DNA of 64,000 nucleotides from Dehalococcoidia bacterium (GCA_034422595.1 DAOUJO010000013.1:89723-153722); one strand, 5' to 3'. Counted from the first letter of the stretch, positions 34,162 to 43,860 are shown. Made by a program: numbers and translations. Notes: generated by a model from the letters alone, not told the origin.

Positions 34162-35400
34162 CTACGGCCCGCTGATCTTCAGCGTATGCCCGGTGGGGAC
34201 CTCGCCGGTGTACGCCCAGTCCGGCATGTCGAACTCGACCCCCTCGACGGCGAGCATGCGCTTGTACTCCTCGCGGATGTAGGGGTCCTCTTCCTGGTAG
34301 GTGATGCTGCGTCCGCCCATCTCGATGGGCAGGTTGCCGGAGACCTCGGTCTCGCCCTGTCGCCGCAACTGTATGCCGACGCCCTGCGGGATGCCGCCGA
34401 AGACGAGGAGCCGCAGCGGTTGCCTGCCTGTGCTGTGGTGCATGTGGAACCAGCCCGTGCCGCCGGGGTTGTTCACCACCATGCCGCCGGGGCGGTAGTC
34501 CTGCCGCATGACCGACTCGCCGTTGCCGGTCTCCCAAGGGCGGATCGTCGCCGACTGCGGCCACGCGAGTGTGTAGCCGGAGCCGTTGATGCAGATGAGC
34601 ACGACGGAGCCGGGGCCGGGCGGGTGGTGCGCCATCGAGTAGCGTCCGCTGTGGTGTTCGCCGACGAACGTGTAGAAGCGCCCGTTCGCCATCTGCGGGA
34701 TGACGCGCCGGTAGCCGGGCGAGCGCTGGTTGTCCAGCGGCAGCTCGCACGTTGCCATGTCCGGGATGAGGTTGGTGACGCGCATGGCGCGCTCGTGCAG
34801 CGGGTCCGCGACGATGCTGTCCTGCGGGCGGAAGTAGTCGTCGGAGTCGTCGAAGCGGTCGTTGAACGCGAAGTCGCTGTCGAAGATGAACTGCTGGTTG
34901 TCGAACAGGTTGAAGATGGGCGGGGCGGTCGTGCCGCCGATGAGGACGACGGGGCCGGAGCTCGCGTTGATGATGCGGTGATTCGTGTTGACCGGTATCG
35001 CGAAAAGGCTGCCGGCCTGCCACTCGAACGTGTGCTTGCGGTCGCTGCCTTCCCGCCAGACCTCCGTCGCGCCCCGGCCCTCGAAGACGTAGTAGACCTC
35101 CTCGTAGAGGTGGCGCTCGACGGTCGACTCGGAGCGCGGCGGCAGCTCCCAGGCGTACATGCCGAGCTTGCCGTCCGTACCGTCGAGCTGGATGAAGGAG
35201 CCGAGCCCGCCCATGCGCTTCCACGGCGATTTGGGTATCTCGCGGATGTCGTACATGCCGAGGCCGCGGTAGATGGGGAGGCCCTGCGCCTCCATGAAGT
35301 GGTCGTAGGGCGTCCGCGCCACCTTCCACGTGCCGAGTCCCGCACGCTCCTTCTCGCCCGATGGCTCGACGAATGCCTTGGCGTCGTTCACCTGCGTCAT
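34162..35400 (-). CDS. Bicupin protein (gentisate dioxygenase-like fold)
   Basis: ERHLYEEVYYVFEGRG...HRIIN cupin 1; YSMAHH...GSGY...WFHMHHSTG cupin 2. Confidence 0.75.
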   Translation of the reverse strand: MTQVNDAKAFVEPSGEKERAGLGTWKVARTPYDHFMEAQGLPIYRGLGMYDIREIPKSPWKRMGGLGSFIQLDGTDGKLGMYAWELPPRSESTVERHLYEEVYYVFEGRGATEVWREGSDRKHTFEWQAGSLFAIPVNTNHRIINASSGPVVLIGGTTAPPIFNLFDNQQFIFDSDFAFNDRFDDSDDYFRPQDSIVADPLHERAMRVTNLIPDMATCELPLDNQRSPGYRRVIPQMANGRFYTFVGEHHSGRYSMAHHPPGPGSVVLICINGSGYTLAWPQSATIRPWETGNGESVMRQDYRPGGMVVNNPGGTGWFHMHHSTGRQPLRLLVFGGIPQGVGIQLRRQGETEVSGNLPIEMGGRSITYQEEDPYIREEYKRMLAVEGVEFDMPDWAYTGEVPTGHTLKISGP

Positions 35401-35490
35401 GCGCTCACCTCCCGTCAGCCCAAGGATTGCTCACAGGCAATCTTGGCGCGTATCGCGCGTCGTGGCAAGCGGAAGGCGGGGCCGCCCCTG

Positions 35491-37095
35491 CTACGGCTGC
35501 CCTTCCTCAGGTGTGGCGGGATCGCCGGAGCGGCGCGGGCGCCGGATGTTGTAGCGAGCGCTCACGCGTTTGCTCAGCCTGATGGCGACCCAGCCGAGCA
35601 CGATGAGCGGGATGAAGACGACGACCCAGATGAGGATGTAGGAGAGCGCGATGCCGACCGCCGAGAGCGCGCGAACGGCATCCTTGAACGTACTCTCGAC
35701 CTCCCATCCGCCGATGAGGAAGCCTTCCGATTCGGTCACGAACACCTCGAAGGAGCCGGAGGACGATATACGCCCTGCGTCACTCATCGCGCTAACGGTC
35801 AACCGCACGTTGTAGGGGTCCGGCCGGTAGTCGATATAGGCGTGGGTGGCCTCGACGCGGGTGCCCTCATCTATCTCGCCGCTGACACTGGGCGAGCCGT
35901 CGCCGAAGTCCCACTGGTACTCGTAGTCCCAGAGCTCCTCCGGCGCCGTGAACGACGCGGTGTACCGGACCTCTTCTCCCTCTTCGACCGTGCGCCACTC
36001 GCCCGCGAAGACCTCGATGGACGGCACTTCGGTGACGGTTGCGAGCAGCGAGTCCGTGCCCTCAGCGATGCCGCCCTCGCCCCTGCCGGTGATCTCGACG
36101 GTCACGATGTAGGGCGAGTCGTCGCCGTCCGGGTAGACGTGGTTCACGGTCGCGGTGACGCGGCGTCCGTCCGTGGTTGGCGCAGTGGTGTGACCTGCGA
36201 CTGTGGAGCCGTCGCCGAAGTCCCAGGTGAACGTGAATTCGTCGACGCCGCCCGGCGGCGTGAACGTCGCGCGGAAGCGCGCCGGCTGCCCGACCCTGAA
36301 CGCCTCATCCGGCCCGGCGTCCACGACCATGTCGAGCGGCGCGACGGTGAGACTGACCTCGATGAGCGAGAAGGCGGCGACCTGCTCGAAGTAGTTGAGC
36401 CGTCCCTGCATCTCCTCGATCTGCAACTGGATGGAGGAGAGCTCGCTCTGGACCTTGAGCGCCTCTTCCACGTTCTGCGTCTGCTCGAGGAAGCCCAGGA
36501 GACGGGCCTGGGTCGCCTGCAGGCCGGAGAGGCGCGACTGCGTGTCAACGTACTGGTCGGTCACGTCCTCGCTCGTGACGGCGCGAGAGGTCGTTTCCCG
36601 CGCAGTGGCCTCGATCATGTCGAAGGCCCGGTCGAGCGACTCCGCGGGCACGCGGATGGCGACTGCGCCGGTGTGGCGTGACACTCGGTCGGAGCTGACG
36701 AGCCACCCGCCGAGCGATGCGGCGATGCCCGCGATGCGGTCGACCGTACCGGCGACGTCGTCGACGATGAGCGACATCCGCGCCGTGTGCACGATGATGC
36801 GGCTCTGCGTGAGAGGGGAGGAGCGGGGGTTGCCGGAGCCGTCGGCTGAATCCTCAGCCTCCTCCATCATCGCGGCGGGCACGGGCGTAGGCTGTGCCGG
36901 CTGCGCCTTCTCCAGCATCGCGCCGTCGGAGGCAGCCTCATCGCCGACAGAGAAATCCATCCGTCCCCCGCCTGCGGCCCCGGCCGGCCCCTGGGCCCCG
37001 GTGGGCACGAGCGAGTCTTCGCCACCGCATGCTGCAGTCAGCAGCAGCGCCACCGGGACCAGCGCTGCCAGGAACATCCTGATGATCTTCGTCAA
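35491..37095 (-). CDS. DUF4349-domain lipoprotein with two PKD domains and a C-terminal TM helix
   Basis: Lipobox LTAAC; IRVPA...SEDVTDQYVD...IEEMQGRLNY; two WDFGDG PKD motifs; TTG start with RBS. Confidence 0.8.
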   Translation of the reverse strand: MTKIIRMFLAALVPVALLLTAACGGEDSLVPTGAQGPAGAAGGGRMDFSVGDEAASDGAMLEKAQPAQPTPVPAAMMEEAEDSADGSGNPRSSPLTQSRIIVHTARMSLIVDDVAGTVDRIAGIAASLGGWLVSSDRVSRHTGAVAIRVPAESLDRAFDMIEATARETTSRAVTSEDVTDQYVDTQSRLSGLQATQARLLGFLEQTQNVEEALKVQSELSSIQLQIEEMQGRLNYFEQVAAFSLIEVSLTVAPLDMVVDAGPDEAFRVGQPARFRATFTPPGGVDEFTFTWDFGDGSTVAGHTTAPTTDGRRVTATVNHVYPDGDDSPYIVTVEITGRGEGGIAEGTDSLLATVTEVPSIEVFAGEWRTVEEGEEVRYTASFTAPEELWDYEYQWDFGDGSPSVSGEIDEGTRVEATHAYIDYRPDPYNVRLTVSAMSDAGRISSSGSFEVFVTESEGFLIGGWEVESTFKDAVRALSAVGIALSYILIWVVVFIPLIVLGWVAIRLSKRVSARYNIRRPRRSGDPATPEEGQP

Positions 37096-37277
37096 CTGCC
37101 ACCTTCTCCCGCTGCACTGTTGGCGCATCATAGGCGCATGCACCGGTGCTGGCCACTCTCGTTACGGACGCTCACACCTTGCCGTGTTCATGGAGTAGTA
37201 TGCGCTCACCGCGCGAAACGTTCCCTCAGGACGACGCGCGGCGACACCTCCCGCATCGCACAGGAGCAACGGACCAG

Positions 37278-38303
37278 ATGATCATTGACTCTCACGGCCA
37301 CTACACCACTGCGCCCGCCGGGGTGCAGATATTCCGGGCCACCCAGATCACGTTCATGGGCGCGCCCGTGAAGCACCCCGTCAACGTCTCCGACGACGAG
37401 ATACGCGCGTCGCTGGAGAACGGCCAGCTCAAACTGCAGAACGAGCGCGGCACGGACGTCGCCATCTTCTCGCCGCGCGCCTCCTGGATGGGCCACCACT
37501 TCGGCGGCGAGCTCGTCAGCCGCTACTGGACCGAGATCAACAACGACATCATCAAGCGCGTCTGCGACATCTACCCGGACCGCTTCATCGGCGCATGCTC
37601 GCTGCCGCAGTCGCCCGGCGTGCCGCCGGAGCGCGGCGTCGTGCAGGAGCTGGAGCGCGCCGTCAACGACCTGGGGTTCGTCGGCTGCAACCTCAACCCC
37701 GACCCGTCCGGCGGCTACTGGACCGACCCGCCGCTCGGCGACCGCTACTGGTACCCGCTCTACGAGAAGATGGTGGAGCTGGACGTGCCCGCCATGATCC
37801 ACGGCTCCGGCACGTGCAACCCCGCGTTCACCACCACCGGCTCCCACTACATGAACGTCGACAACACCGGCTTCGTCCAGCTGATGGACTCCAACATCTT
37901 CCGGGACTTCCCTGGCATCAGGTTCATCCTCCCGCACGGCGGCGGAGCGATCCCGTACCAGTACGCGCGCTTCAAGGGGCTGAGCATCATGGCGAAGCGC
38001 GAACCGTTCGACGATTTCCTGGGCCGCCTCTACTTCGATACCGCCATCTACAACCAGGCCGCGACGGAGTTCCTGCTCAAGACCATCGGCGTCGACAACG
38101 TGCTCTTCGCCTCCGAGATGATCGGCGGCGTGCAGGCCATCGACCCCGACACCGGACGCTGGTACGACGACACGAAGCCGTATATCGACGGCATCGACTG
38201 GCTGACGGAGGAGGACCGGTACAAGCTGTTCCACGGCAACGTGCTGAAGGTATACCCGCGCGCGAAGCCGTACATCGAGAAGATCGAGGCAGGCAAGACG
38301 TAG
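37278..38303 (+). CDS. ligJ: Amidohydrolase-fold 4-oxalomesaconate hydratase-like protein
   Basis: MIIDSHGHYTTAP, FSPRASWMGHH, LPQSPGV, NLNPDPSGG, PAMIH, PHGGGAIPY, LFASEMIG. The specific substrate is inferred. Confidence 0.82.
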   Translation: MIIDSHGHYTTAPAGVQIFRATQITFMGAPVKHPVNVSDDEIRASLENGQLKLQNERGTDVAIFSPRASWMGHHFGGELVSRYWTEINNDIIKRVCDIYPDRFIGACSLPQSPGVPPERGVVQELERAVNDLGFVGCNLNPDPSGGYWTDPPLGDRYWYPLYEKMVELDVPAMIHGSGTCNPAFTTTGSHYMNVDNTGFVQLMDSNIFRDFPGIRFILPHGGGAIPYQYARFKGLSIMAKREPFDDFLGRLYFDTAIYNQAATEFLLKTIGVDNVLFASEMIGGVQAIDPDTGRWYDDTKPYIDGIDWLTEEDRYKLFHGNVLKVYPRAKPYIEKIEAGKT

Positions 38304-38323
38304 CGACAATACAGGAGGAAGCC

Positions 38324-39403
38324 ATGGAGACGACTCTCGCAGCAGTCAAGGTCGCGCCCCGCACGGCGGAGATACAGGAGATCGACGTTCCTGATATCGA
38401 CTACAACAGCGCTCTGATGAGAGTCGAGGCGGCCGGCATGTGCGGCTCCTACGGCTACTTCACACGCGAGGGAGGCGGCAGCAGCCCGGCCCCCGGCATG
38501 AACGCCCACGAGAACGCCGGCGTCATCGTGAAAGCCGGGCAGGGGTTCCTGGACCGTCACGGCGTCGAGGAAGGTGAGCTCGTCGCGCTGGAGGAATATC
38601 TCCCCTGCGGACATTGCGAGTGGTGCCGCATGGGCGAGTTCCGGCACTGCTGGCTCACCGACACGCACAACAACCCGAACCACAGCAGACTGGCCGGCGG
38701 CTTCCGGCAGTACCTCTACCTGCCCCCGAACGTGGTGCTGCACAAGGTGCCGCAGACGATGACGGCCGACGAGGCCGCGCTGGCCCTGCCGGTCGGCAAC
38801 GGCGTGCAGTGGGCGGTCAAGGAGGGCGAGGCCGCCCCGGGCAAGACGGTCGTCGTGCAGGGGCCGGGCTCCAAGGGCCTCGGCGCCACCCTCGCAGCCA
38901 AGAAGGCTGGCGCGACGGTCATCGTGACGGGCCTGTCCAAGGATGGTTCGCGGCTCGAAGCGGCGAGGCGGCTCGGCGCGGACCATACCGTCGACGTGCA
39001 GACCAACGACTTCGTCGAAACGATCATGGACATCACGAACGGGCGCGGCGCTGACGCCGTGGTCGACTGTACCACCGGCCGCATCCCCGTCATCTTCAAC
39101 CAGGCCATCGAGGTCCTCGTGCGGCGCGGCGGCATCGTCGTCACGCAGGCCTACGAGCTCGAGTCCTTCTCGCTGGAGAAGCTGACGGGCAAGTACGGAC
39201 AGCTCCGGGCGTGCCGGGGCCACAGCTACGCAAGCGTGGCGATGGGCCTGGAACTGATCGCGTCGGGCGACTACCCGCTCAGGGAGATGGTGACGCACAA
39301 CTTTCCGCTGGAGCTGACCGGCGAGGCCTGCCTCGCCTCCGGCGGCGAGGGCGACGGCGCCGACGCTGTCTGGGTGATGGTCAACCCCAACATGGCGGCC
39401 TGA
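38324..39403 (+). CDS. Zinc-binding (MDR) dehydrogenase
   Basis: GMCGS, AHE, CGHCEWC...C structural Zn site, GPGSKG. Confidence 0.88.
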   Translation: METTLAAVKVAPRTAEIQEIDVPDIDYNSALMRVEAAGMCGSYGYFTREGGGSSPAPGMNAHENAGVIVKAGQGFLDRHGVEEGELVALEEYLPCGHCEWCRMGEFRHCWLTDTHNNPNHSRLAGGFRQYLYLPPNVVLHKVPQTMTADEAALALPVGNGVQWAVKEGEAAPGKTVVVQGPGSKGLGATLAAKKAGATVIVTGLSKDGSRLEAARRLGADHTVDVQTNDFVETIMDITNGRGADAVVDCTTGRIPVIFNQAIEVLVRRGGIVVTQAYELESFSLEKLTGKYGQLRACRGHSYASVAMGLELIASGDYPLREMVTHNFPLELTGEACLASGGEGDGADAVWVMVNPNMAA

Positions 39404-39408
39404 TCAGC

Positions 39409-39525
39409 TGTCATTCCGAGCGAAGCGCAGCGGAGCCGAGGAATCTCTCGCCGGACGCCTCATTGTGCGCCAACACCTCCTGAGAGATGTTCTCGACTTC
39501 GCCCGCGGCTCCGCTCAACATGACA
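39409..39525. repeat. Inverted pair of REP-like units (BIME-like)
   Basis: TGTCATTCCGAGCGAAGCGCAGCGGAGCCGAGGAATCTCTC (39409-49) and a degenerate inverted copy GAGAGATG...GCTCAACATGACA (39482-39525) between convergent genes. Confidence 0.78.
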
Positions 39526-39539
39526 ATGTGCGCACGCGG

Positions 39540-39926
39540 CTACGCCGCCTCTTTCACCGTGACGGCCACCACTCCTTGCGTCTCCCGCGTCTTGTAGAGA
39601 TCGGGCCGCATCGTCGGCGGGAAAGCGGTACGCACCCGCTGCGTGTCCACCGCCGTCACGACGAATGGCCTCCGCCACTTGAAGAGTACGCCGGACTCGA
39701 AGGCGCGCCCATCCCCTCCGGCGAGTCGCTCGTGCATACCGTCTCTCGCGGCATTCGTCAGGCTTGCTCCGATGCTGCTGAACGCCGCGCCCAGCCGCGC
39801 CAGCTGCCCGCACGTATGGCGCGCGTCCGGCTCCGCCAGTAGCACGGCCAGCCTCTCCAGCGCGTCGCCGGGGAGGAACGCTCCCAGCTCCGCCAGCGGG
39901 TTGATGTTCGGGTTCGCAACTGCCAT
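39540..39926 (-). CDS. Hypothetical protein
   Basis: 128-aa ORF with GGAG RBS; no family confidently recognised. Confidence 0.55.
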   Translation of the reverse strand: MAVANPNINPLAELGAFLPGDALERLAVLLAEPDARHTCGQLARLGAAFSSIGASLTNAARDGMHERLAGGDGRAFESGVLFKWRRPFVVTAVDTQRVRTAFPPTMRPDLYKTRETQGVVAVTVKEAA

Positions 39927-40086
39927 TTCGTTCTCCTCCCTGCCCCTGTCGGGCTATGCTCACTCTATGGCAGGCAGGGCCGTACCCCGCAATGCCCTCG
40001 TGTCACACTCCGCTTCGCGGCTCTGTCATGCTGAGCGCGGCCGCGTATACTGCGCGCAACGCGCAGCTCGACGCAAAGGGGGAGGC

Positions 40087-41070
40087 ATGGCCACCATCGT
40101 TGGAACGTTCTTCCACTCGCACGGAGGCACGACGTCGCTCCCGCCGGAGCTGTGGGTCGAGCGCCGGAACGCGCGGCCGATCCGCGCCGACGTGCCCAAC
40201 GAGTCGCTCGAGGTCAACATATCCAAGGCCAACCGCACGCACGAGGGCTTCCGCGTCCTGCGCGAGCGTATCGCCGAGCTCGAACCCGACGTGCTCGTCA
40301 TATTCAGCGACGACCAGCTGGAGTGCTTCGACTTCAACAACTACCCCGCGTTCGCCCTCTACGTCGGTGACAGCTACGCGAAGTCGCCGCGCGAGCCGCG
40401 CACCGCGGAGATCGGGCGGCACGCCGAGCCCGGCTACCGCTTCCCCGGCCACCCGGAGCTCGCCGTGCACCTGCTCTCCGGCGTCATGCAGCGCGGCTTC
40501 GATCCCGCCTTCTGTATGGACATGCCCAAGCCGGACCGCGGCCTCGCGGGCGGCGTCATCCGGTCGGTCGAGGAGCTGACCGATTTCTCGCTGCCGTCCG
40601 TGCCCATCATGATGAACCTCTACTTCGCGCCGCAGGTCTCCGGCCTGCGCAGCTACCAGTTCGGCAAGGCGGTGCGCGAGGCGCTGGACGACGCGCCGTC
40701 CGACCTGCGTGTCGCCGTTGCGGCGTCGGGCGGCCTCTGGCACACGCCGGGGATGCCGGGCGCGTGGCTGAACGAGGAGTTCGACCGCGCGATCCTCGCG
40801 CGCCTCGAAGAGGGCGACGCGCGCGGCATGGCCGACTACTTCGACTCCTACGTGATCCCGGAGGACGACACGAGCCAGGACGCCGCCTACCGCGGACGTG
40901 TCAGCACCGGCATGCCGTCGCCGGGCGGGCCGGCGTTCGGCACGCGCGAGACGTGCGCGTGGATAGCGGCAGCCGCCGTCAGCGACGGCCGCCCGACCAC
41001 CATTGTCGACTACATCGAGGTCTACGCCTCGCCGGTCGGCAACGCCTTCGCCTACTGCGACGACGTGTAG
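40087..41070 (+). CDS. Class III extradiol dioxygenase (DesZ/LigB-like), copy 2
   Basis: FFHSHGG, FSDDQLECF, ASGGLWHTPG, TRETCAW, DYIEVYASPVGNAFAY; GGAGG RBS. Confidence 0.78.
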   Translation: MATIVGTFFHSHGGTTSLPPELWVERRNARPIRADVPNESLEVNISKANRTHEGFRVLRERIAELEPDVLVIFSDDQLECFDFNNYPAFALYVGDSYAKSPREPRTAEIGRHAEPGYRFPGHPELAVHLLSGVMQRGFDPAFCMDMPKPDRGLAGGVIRSVEELTDFSLPSVPIMMNLYFAPQVSGLRSYQFGKAVREALDDAPSDLRVAVAASGGLWHTPGMPGAWLNEEFDRAILARLEEGDARGMADYFDSYVIPEDDTSQDAAYRGRVSTGMPSPGGPAFGTRETCAWIAAAAVSDGRPTTIVDYIEVYASPVGNAFAYCDDV

Positions 41071-41101
41071 GGTTTAGGTGAGTGGGGGTGCCCTCGCTCT
41101 A

Positions 41102-41114
41102 CTACTCCGGGAAC
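41102..41114. repeat. 13-bp direct repeat, copy 1 (duplicate of the Rieske gene stop region)
   Basis: CTACTCCGGGAAC, identical at 41813-41825. Confidence 0.8.
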
Positions 41115-41118
41115 CTCT

Positions 41119-41427
41119 CTATGCTCCTGTAGGTGTCCGGGTCGTAGCGCTGGCCTGAAGCTGGAGCCCCAGGGCATGCACCACCTTGAGCACTGTGCCA
41201 AACTCCGGGTTGCCGTCCGCAGACAGCGACTTGTACAGGCTCTCCCTGCCTAGACCTGTCTCCTGCGCGACCATCGCCATGCGCCGGGCACGCGCTATGT
41301 CGCCCAAGGTAGCCATGATAAGGCTCAGGTCACCCTCCTCTAGGGCGACATTCAGATAGGCGGCCATGTCCTCCTCGGTCTCCAGGTGCTCCGCTGGGTC
41401 CCAGGAACGAGTCTCTGTCCTTGCCAT
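41119..41427 (-). CDS. Addiction-module antidote (HigA-like HTH antitoxin, HI1420-like)
   Basis: WDPAEHLETEEDMAAYL, LGRESLYKSLSADGNPEFGTV. Confidence 0.9.
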   Translation of the reverse strand: MARTETRSWDPAEHLETEEDMAAYLNVALEEGDLSLIMATLGDIARARRMAMVAQETGLGRESLYKSLSADGNPEFGTVLKVVHALGLQLQASATTRTPTGA

Positions 41428-41439
41428 GTCTGCTGTCTC

Positions 41440-41733
41440 CTATAGTCCTCTGGCCAACGCCAGCGCCCGTTGAATGTCCCGCTCCTGGCTGTTCTTGTCC
41501 CCTCCGGCCAGAAGGACAACCAGGCTCTGGCCTCGCTGCGCGAAGTACACTCGATAGCCGGGGCCGTAGTCGATGCGGATCTCCGATACCCCTTCGCCCA
41601 CCGGTCTCACGTCGCTAGGATTGCCAAGGGAAAGCCGTCGGATGCGGCTGTCGATGCGAACCCTCGCTTGCCTGTCCCGCAGCCGCCTGAACCAACGCGC
41701 GTAGACCTCGGTTTGGCGGACCTCGACCATCAC
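41440..41733 (-). CDS. Addiction-module killer (RelE/HigB-like toxin, HI1419-like); start probably ATG 41730
   Basis: WFRRLRD, GEGVSEIRIDYGPGYRVYF, LAGGDK.SQERDI; toxin precedes antitoxin. Confidence 0.9.
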   Translation of the reverse strand: MMVEVRQTEVYARWFRRLRDRQARVRIDSRIRRLSLGNPSDVRPVGEGVSEIRIDYGPGYRVYFAQRGQSLVVLLAGGDKNSQERDIQRALALARGL

Positions 41734-41812
41734 CCCGATTGTAGGCTACAGGATACTTCGGCGCAAGTGATGCGCTGTTTCGCGGGACACCAGTCGGCGT
41801 GAAGCTCTCCCC

Positions 41813-43063
41813 CTACTCCGGGAACATCGCGACGATCTCATCGATGTTGGGGTTGTAGGCCTGGTGGCCGTAGTAGATCATCCGCGCCTGGTTCCGGTCC
41901 GGCGTGTAGTACACCTTCTCCTGCGTCATCTCGATACACTGGTTCGTCGCCGGGTCGCGGAACACGTTCATCGGGTCGCCGCCGTCCGCGACCGTCTCCA
42001 TCGCCTCGTTCAGCATCTTGCGCAGCAGGATGACGCCCGTGTCTGACTCCCCGAGCTTCTCGCGCGTGCGGTCGGCGATGGGCGTCTGCGTCACCCATGC
42101 CATGAAGTCCTGCACCAGCGGCAGCTCCACGTTCAATTCGCCGTTCGCGTCGTACAGCGGTATCTCGTAGTACGGCACCTTCTCCTGCGGCGGCACCTCC
42201 ACCTCCGGCGGGAACTGGTACCGCGTGTAGACGACGTGCAGCGTGTTGTGATCGTCGACCGGCACGCGTATCTGGAACTCGGTGCTCGTCGTGCCGGTGG
42301 TGGAGCGGAGGATGTTCGGGAACACCCACGGGTGGCCGACCTTCCAGATGTCGTCCTCCTCGGTGCTGCCCTCGACGATGCGCTTCTTGAAGACGCCGTT
42401 GGCGAACTGCTGGAAACCGATGCGCTGGTGGGGGCGCATCATCGCCTTGCGCCACGGCGGCACCTCCTCGCCGGTCTTCTGCGCGAGGTACCAGCCGTAG
42501 ACGCCGTGCAGCCACTCGGCGTGGACGGGGTCGGCTGAGTTCTCCTGGCACTGCAGCCAGTTGCAGGGCAGCATCGTGAAACCGATGTCGCGCCACGCGT
42601 GGTCCGTCACGAACAGGTCCCAGCGCGGGACGAGCGGCGCGGGCAGCGGGCCCATGTACGCGAACAACAGCCCGCTGAGCTCCTCGACCGGGTATGCCGT
42701 AACCTTCACCTTCTCCTTGAAGCGCCCGTCCGGGTGCACCGTCTCCTCGAACGGCTGCTCGATGCACTGGCCGCTCTCGTCCATCATCCAGCCGTGGTAC
42801 ATGCAGCGCAGGCCGTGCTCCTCGGGGATGCCGTAGGAGAGGTCGACGCGGCGATGGGGGCAGAAGCGGTCGATGAGGCCCAACGTGCCGGACCTGTCCT
42901 TGTACAGCACGAGGTCCTCGCCGAGCAGCCGCACCGCCTTGGTGGGGCGCTCGTCCATCTCCGCAGCGGCGGCGATGGGGTGCCAGTAGCGCCGCATCAG
43001 TTCGCCCATCGGTGTGCCGGGCCCGACCTGCGTGAGCCGTTCGTTCTCCTGCTGCGTGAGCAT
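41813..43063 (-). CDS. Rieske non-heme iron oxygenase alpha subunit, copy 3
   Basis: CPH-x16-CMYH; ENSADPVHAEWLH; QDFMAWVTQTPI...EKLGESD; RBS before ATG 43063. Confidence 0.9.
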   Translation of the reverse strand: MLTQQENERLTQVGPGTPMGELMRRYWHPIAAAAEMDERPTKAVRLLGEDLVLYKDRSGTLGLIDRFCPHRRVDLSYGIPEEHGLRCMYHGWMMDESGQCIEQPFEETVHPDGRFKEKVKVTAYPVEELSGLLFAYMGPLPAPLVPRWDLFVTDHAWRDIGFTMLPCNWLQCQENSADPVHAEWLHGVYGWYLAQKTGEEVPPWRKAMMRPHQRIGFQQFANGVFKKRIVEGSTEEDDIWKVGHPWVFPNILRSTTGTTSTEFQIRVPVDDHNTLHVVYTRYQFPPEVEVPPQEKVPYYEIPLYDANGELNVELPLVQDFMAWVTQTPIADRTREKLGESDTGVILLRKMLNEAMETVADGGDPMNVFRDPATNQCIEMTQEKVYYTPDRNQARMIYYGHQAYNPNIDEIVAMFPE

Positions 43064-43158
43064 CCTGCCACCTCCTGCTGCGCCGGGATTGTAGCGCACC
43101 ACGGCAACGCGCAGCGGACGTATAATGCGCCTCAATACGGGGCGACAGGAGGTGGGCG

Positions 43159-43857
43159 ATGGCAACTTACGGGTTCGAGGACCACTGCTGGCAGGACGTG
43201 GTGAGCGCCGAGGACATCGAGCTCTACAAGCACTACCAGCGCGAACTGTACGTCGGACGGCGTCCGGCGATACTGGCGATCGATCTGTACAACTCGGCGT
43301 ACCAGGGCGGTCCACTCCCGGTGCACGAGGTCGCGAAGGAGTTCCCGAGCGCCTGCGGCGAGTACGCATGGAACGCCATCGAGCCGACCAAGCAGCTGTT
43401 CGCGATGGCGCGGGCCCGCGGCTTCCCCGTCGTCTACACGACGGGCGAGGACCGGCCTGAGGCGCGCCCCAACCGCCTGCGCTCGACCAACCGCCGGCGG
43501 GCGAACCAGGGGGAGAACCCGTTCGGCATCTACGAGGCGTTCGCGCCGGAGCCGGAGGACCTCATCATCTACAAGCAGCGCGCGAGCGGCTTCTACGGGA
43601 CGCCGCTGGTGGCGCAGCTCGTGCAGATGGGCGTCGACACGGTGCTGGTCTGCGGCGAGAGCACGAGCGGCTGCGTCCGGGCTTCGGTGGCCGACGCCTA
43701 CTCCAACGGCTTCCACGTCGTCATCGCCGAGGAGTGCGTCTACGACCGTGCCCAGCTGTCGCACAAGGTCAACCTGTTCGACATGCACCACAAGTACGCC
43801 GACGTGATGCACTTGGACGAGCTCGCCGAGCACCTCGAGGCTTTCCCTGAGGCGTAA
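43159..43857 (+). CDS. Isochorismatase-family cysteine hydrolase (maleamate amidohydrolase-like)
   Basis: Catalytic D (AIDL), K (YKQRAS), C (STSGCVRAS); TATAAT and AGGAGG upstream. Confidence 0.88.
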   Translation: MATYGFEDHCWQDVVSAEDIELYKHYQRELYVGRRPAILAIDLYNSAYQGGPLPVHEVAKEFPSACGEYAWNAIEPTKQLFAMARARGFPVVYTTGEDRPEARPNRLRSTNRRRANQGENPFGIYEAFAPEPEDLIIYKQRASGFYGTPLVAQLVQMGVDTVLVCGESTSGCVRASVADAYSNGFHVVIAEECVYDRAQLSHKVNLFDMHHKYADVMHLDELAEHLEAFPEA

Positions 43858-43860
43858 AGC

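Noticed and set aside
34186-36681. Long alternative-frame or antisense ORFs (also 643-1953, 17665-19977, 52085-55243, 57382-60234, 60442-62841)
   Set aside because: Shadow ORFs expected in high-GC DNA; they overlap well-supported genes and have no recognisable motifs.
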